Assembly (NCBI GenBank): GCA_043228905.1
Contig: JBHGNT010000001.1
Span: 2,232,001 to 2,296,000, forward strand
Direction: 5' to 3'
Source: Azolla caroliniana
Lineage: Eukaryota > Plantae > Polypodiophyta
Length of the DNA: 64,000 nucleotides
Shown here: piece by piece, positions 63,039 to 64,000 of the stretch
How positions within the stretch are numbered: position 1 is the stretch's first letter
Layout: each line of letters opens with the position of its first letter
The notes under the pieces: model-generated
What the model was told of the DNA's origin: nothing
The model's input: only the letters and a program-made list of their open reading frames with translations
Database searches by the model: none
Made by a program: the position numbers and the translations under genes

Positions 63039-63719
63039 TTTATCGATATTTGAAATCTCGAGGGTGGATTGATATTAATCAGATGCGTGTTTTTTTATAT
63101 TACCAGTAGGAATAATCGTAATATTTTTTTGTGGCATCATTCGTGAAGCCATTGATTGTAGAGTTTTCCTAGTGCACTTGGATAGATGTTTTTTACATTC
63201 ATTGGGAATGCACAAATGAAAAATTCCATGTTAAAATATAAGGGTGGACACCTAATTGATATATATATATATATATATTCATAAAAGGACCGTTTAGGGT
63301 TTAGAGTCTCCTCAACAATAAGTTTAACATGTTCGACTAGATATAAGCTCAACGTCATTACCCTATAAGTTTTGGTCATGAACCATCCTACACACTTCTC
63401 ATATGGGGTAGTTGAACTTGGAGCACGAGGATTTGTCGCAAAAATGGAATACTTGCATCGGCTTCCAAGTGCTTACTATCTTCTTATTGCAAATGTTTCA
63501 CATTTGGTCTGAGAGGTCAAATTGGGCGATAATAATATCTATCCATCTCTTTCTCGGGCTGTTGACTTGGTGGTGTACACCATACCATCAATCCAAAGTC
63601 AAGGAACAAAGAGTGAATCTAAGTTTGATCGACATCCATCATGGACTCGGTGCCGTGCCGCGCCGTGCCCCACGAGACTCTCTCTCTCTCTCTCTCTCTC
63701 TATTTGGTTTCCCCTCCAT

Positions 63720-63885
63720 GATGGATACGGAGATGAGTGAGGAGGGGTATTCTTTATAATTTCGTTAAAACCTGCTTAAAGCCATCTCTTCATGGTATAA
63801 TTTGGTCTCCCCTCGAAGATGGACGCGGAGATGAGTGAGAATGAGCAGGGGTATTCACTATAATTTCCTTAAACCCTGCTTGAAT
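63720..63885. repeat. Degenerate ~98-bp-period direct repeat between (TC)n and (GA)n tracts
   Basis: GATGGA..CGGAGATGAGTGAG...GGGGTATTC..TATAATTTC.TTAAA.CCTGCTT occurs twice. Confidence 0.7.
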
Positions 63886-64000
63886 TCTTCCCTTCATAGT
63901 ACATTTCATTTCCCTCCGGTCTTTTTTAGTTCCTACTGCAGAAAGAGGTCGAGGGATCTACACTGAGAGAGAGAGAGAGAGAGAGAGAGAAAGAAATGGA

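Overview
Eukaryotic plant nuclear DNA: AT-rich, microsatellite-rich, with GT-AG introns and old repeats depleted in CG/CHG. The style suggests a non-seed vascular plant such as a fern, but this is inference only. Four spliced host genes can be reconstructed with phase-consistent splice sites: an EMB1703-like plastid protein (+, 3547-7153, 4 exons), linker histone H1 (-, 9699-10928, 2 exons), bimodular GTP cyclohydrolase I (-, 16535-19605, 2 exons) and a tandem CCCH zinc-finger protein (-, 34400-37103, 6 exons). The rest is mostly transposon-derived: three nested L1-type LINE ends with target-site duplications (TSDs) inside a minisatellite, two large APE/RT LINE copies (one in a microsatellite and interrupted by a solo LTR), Gypsy and copia remnants, and a very young Tnt1/Tork-like copia element (57640-63038). 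That element has a TTTAT TSD, LTRs differing only by a 16-bp indel, a single in-frame TAG in RT, palindrome-packed LTRs and a marked CCGG excess. I found no clear wholly new system. The best leads are the CCGG-rich, palindromic young copia, a 3x26-aa internal triplication in GCH1 next to its Zn-binding motif, the LINE-in-LINE nest, and a templated-insertion LINE junction.
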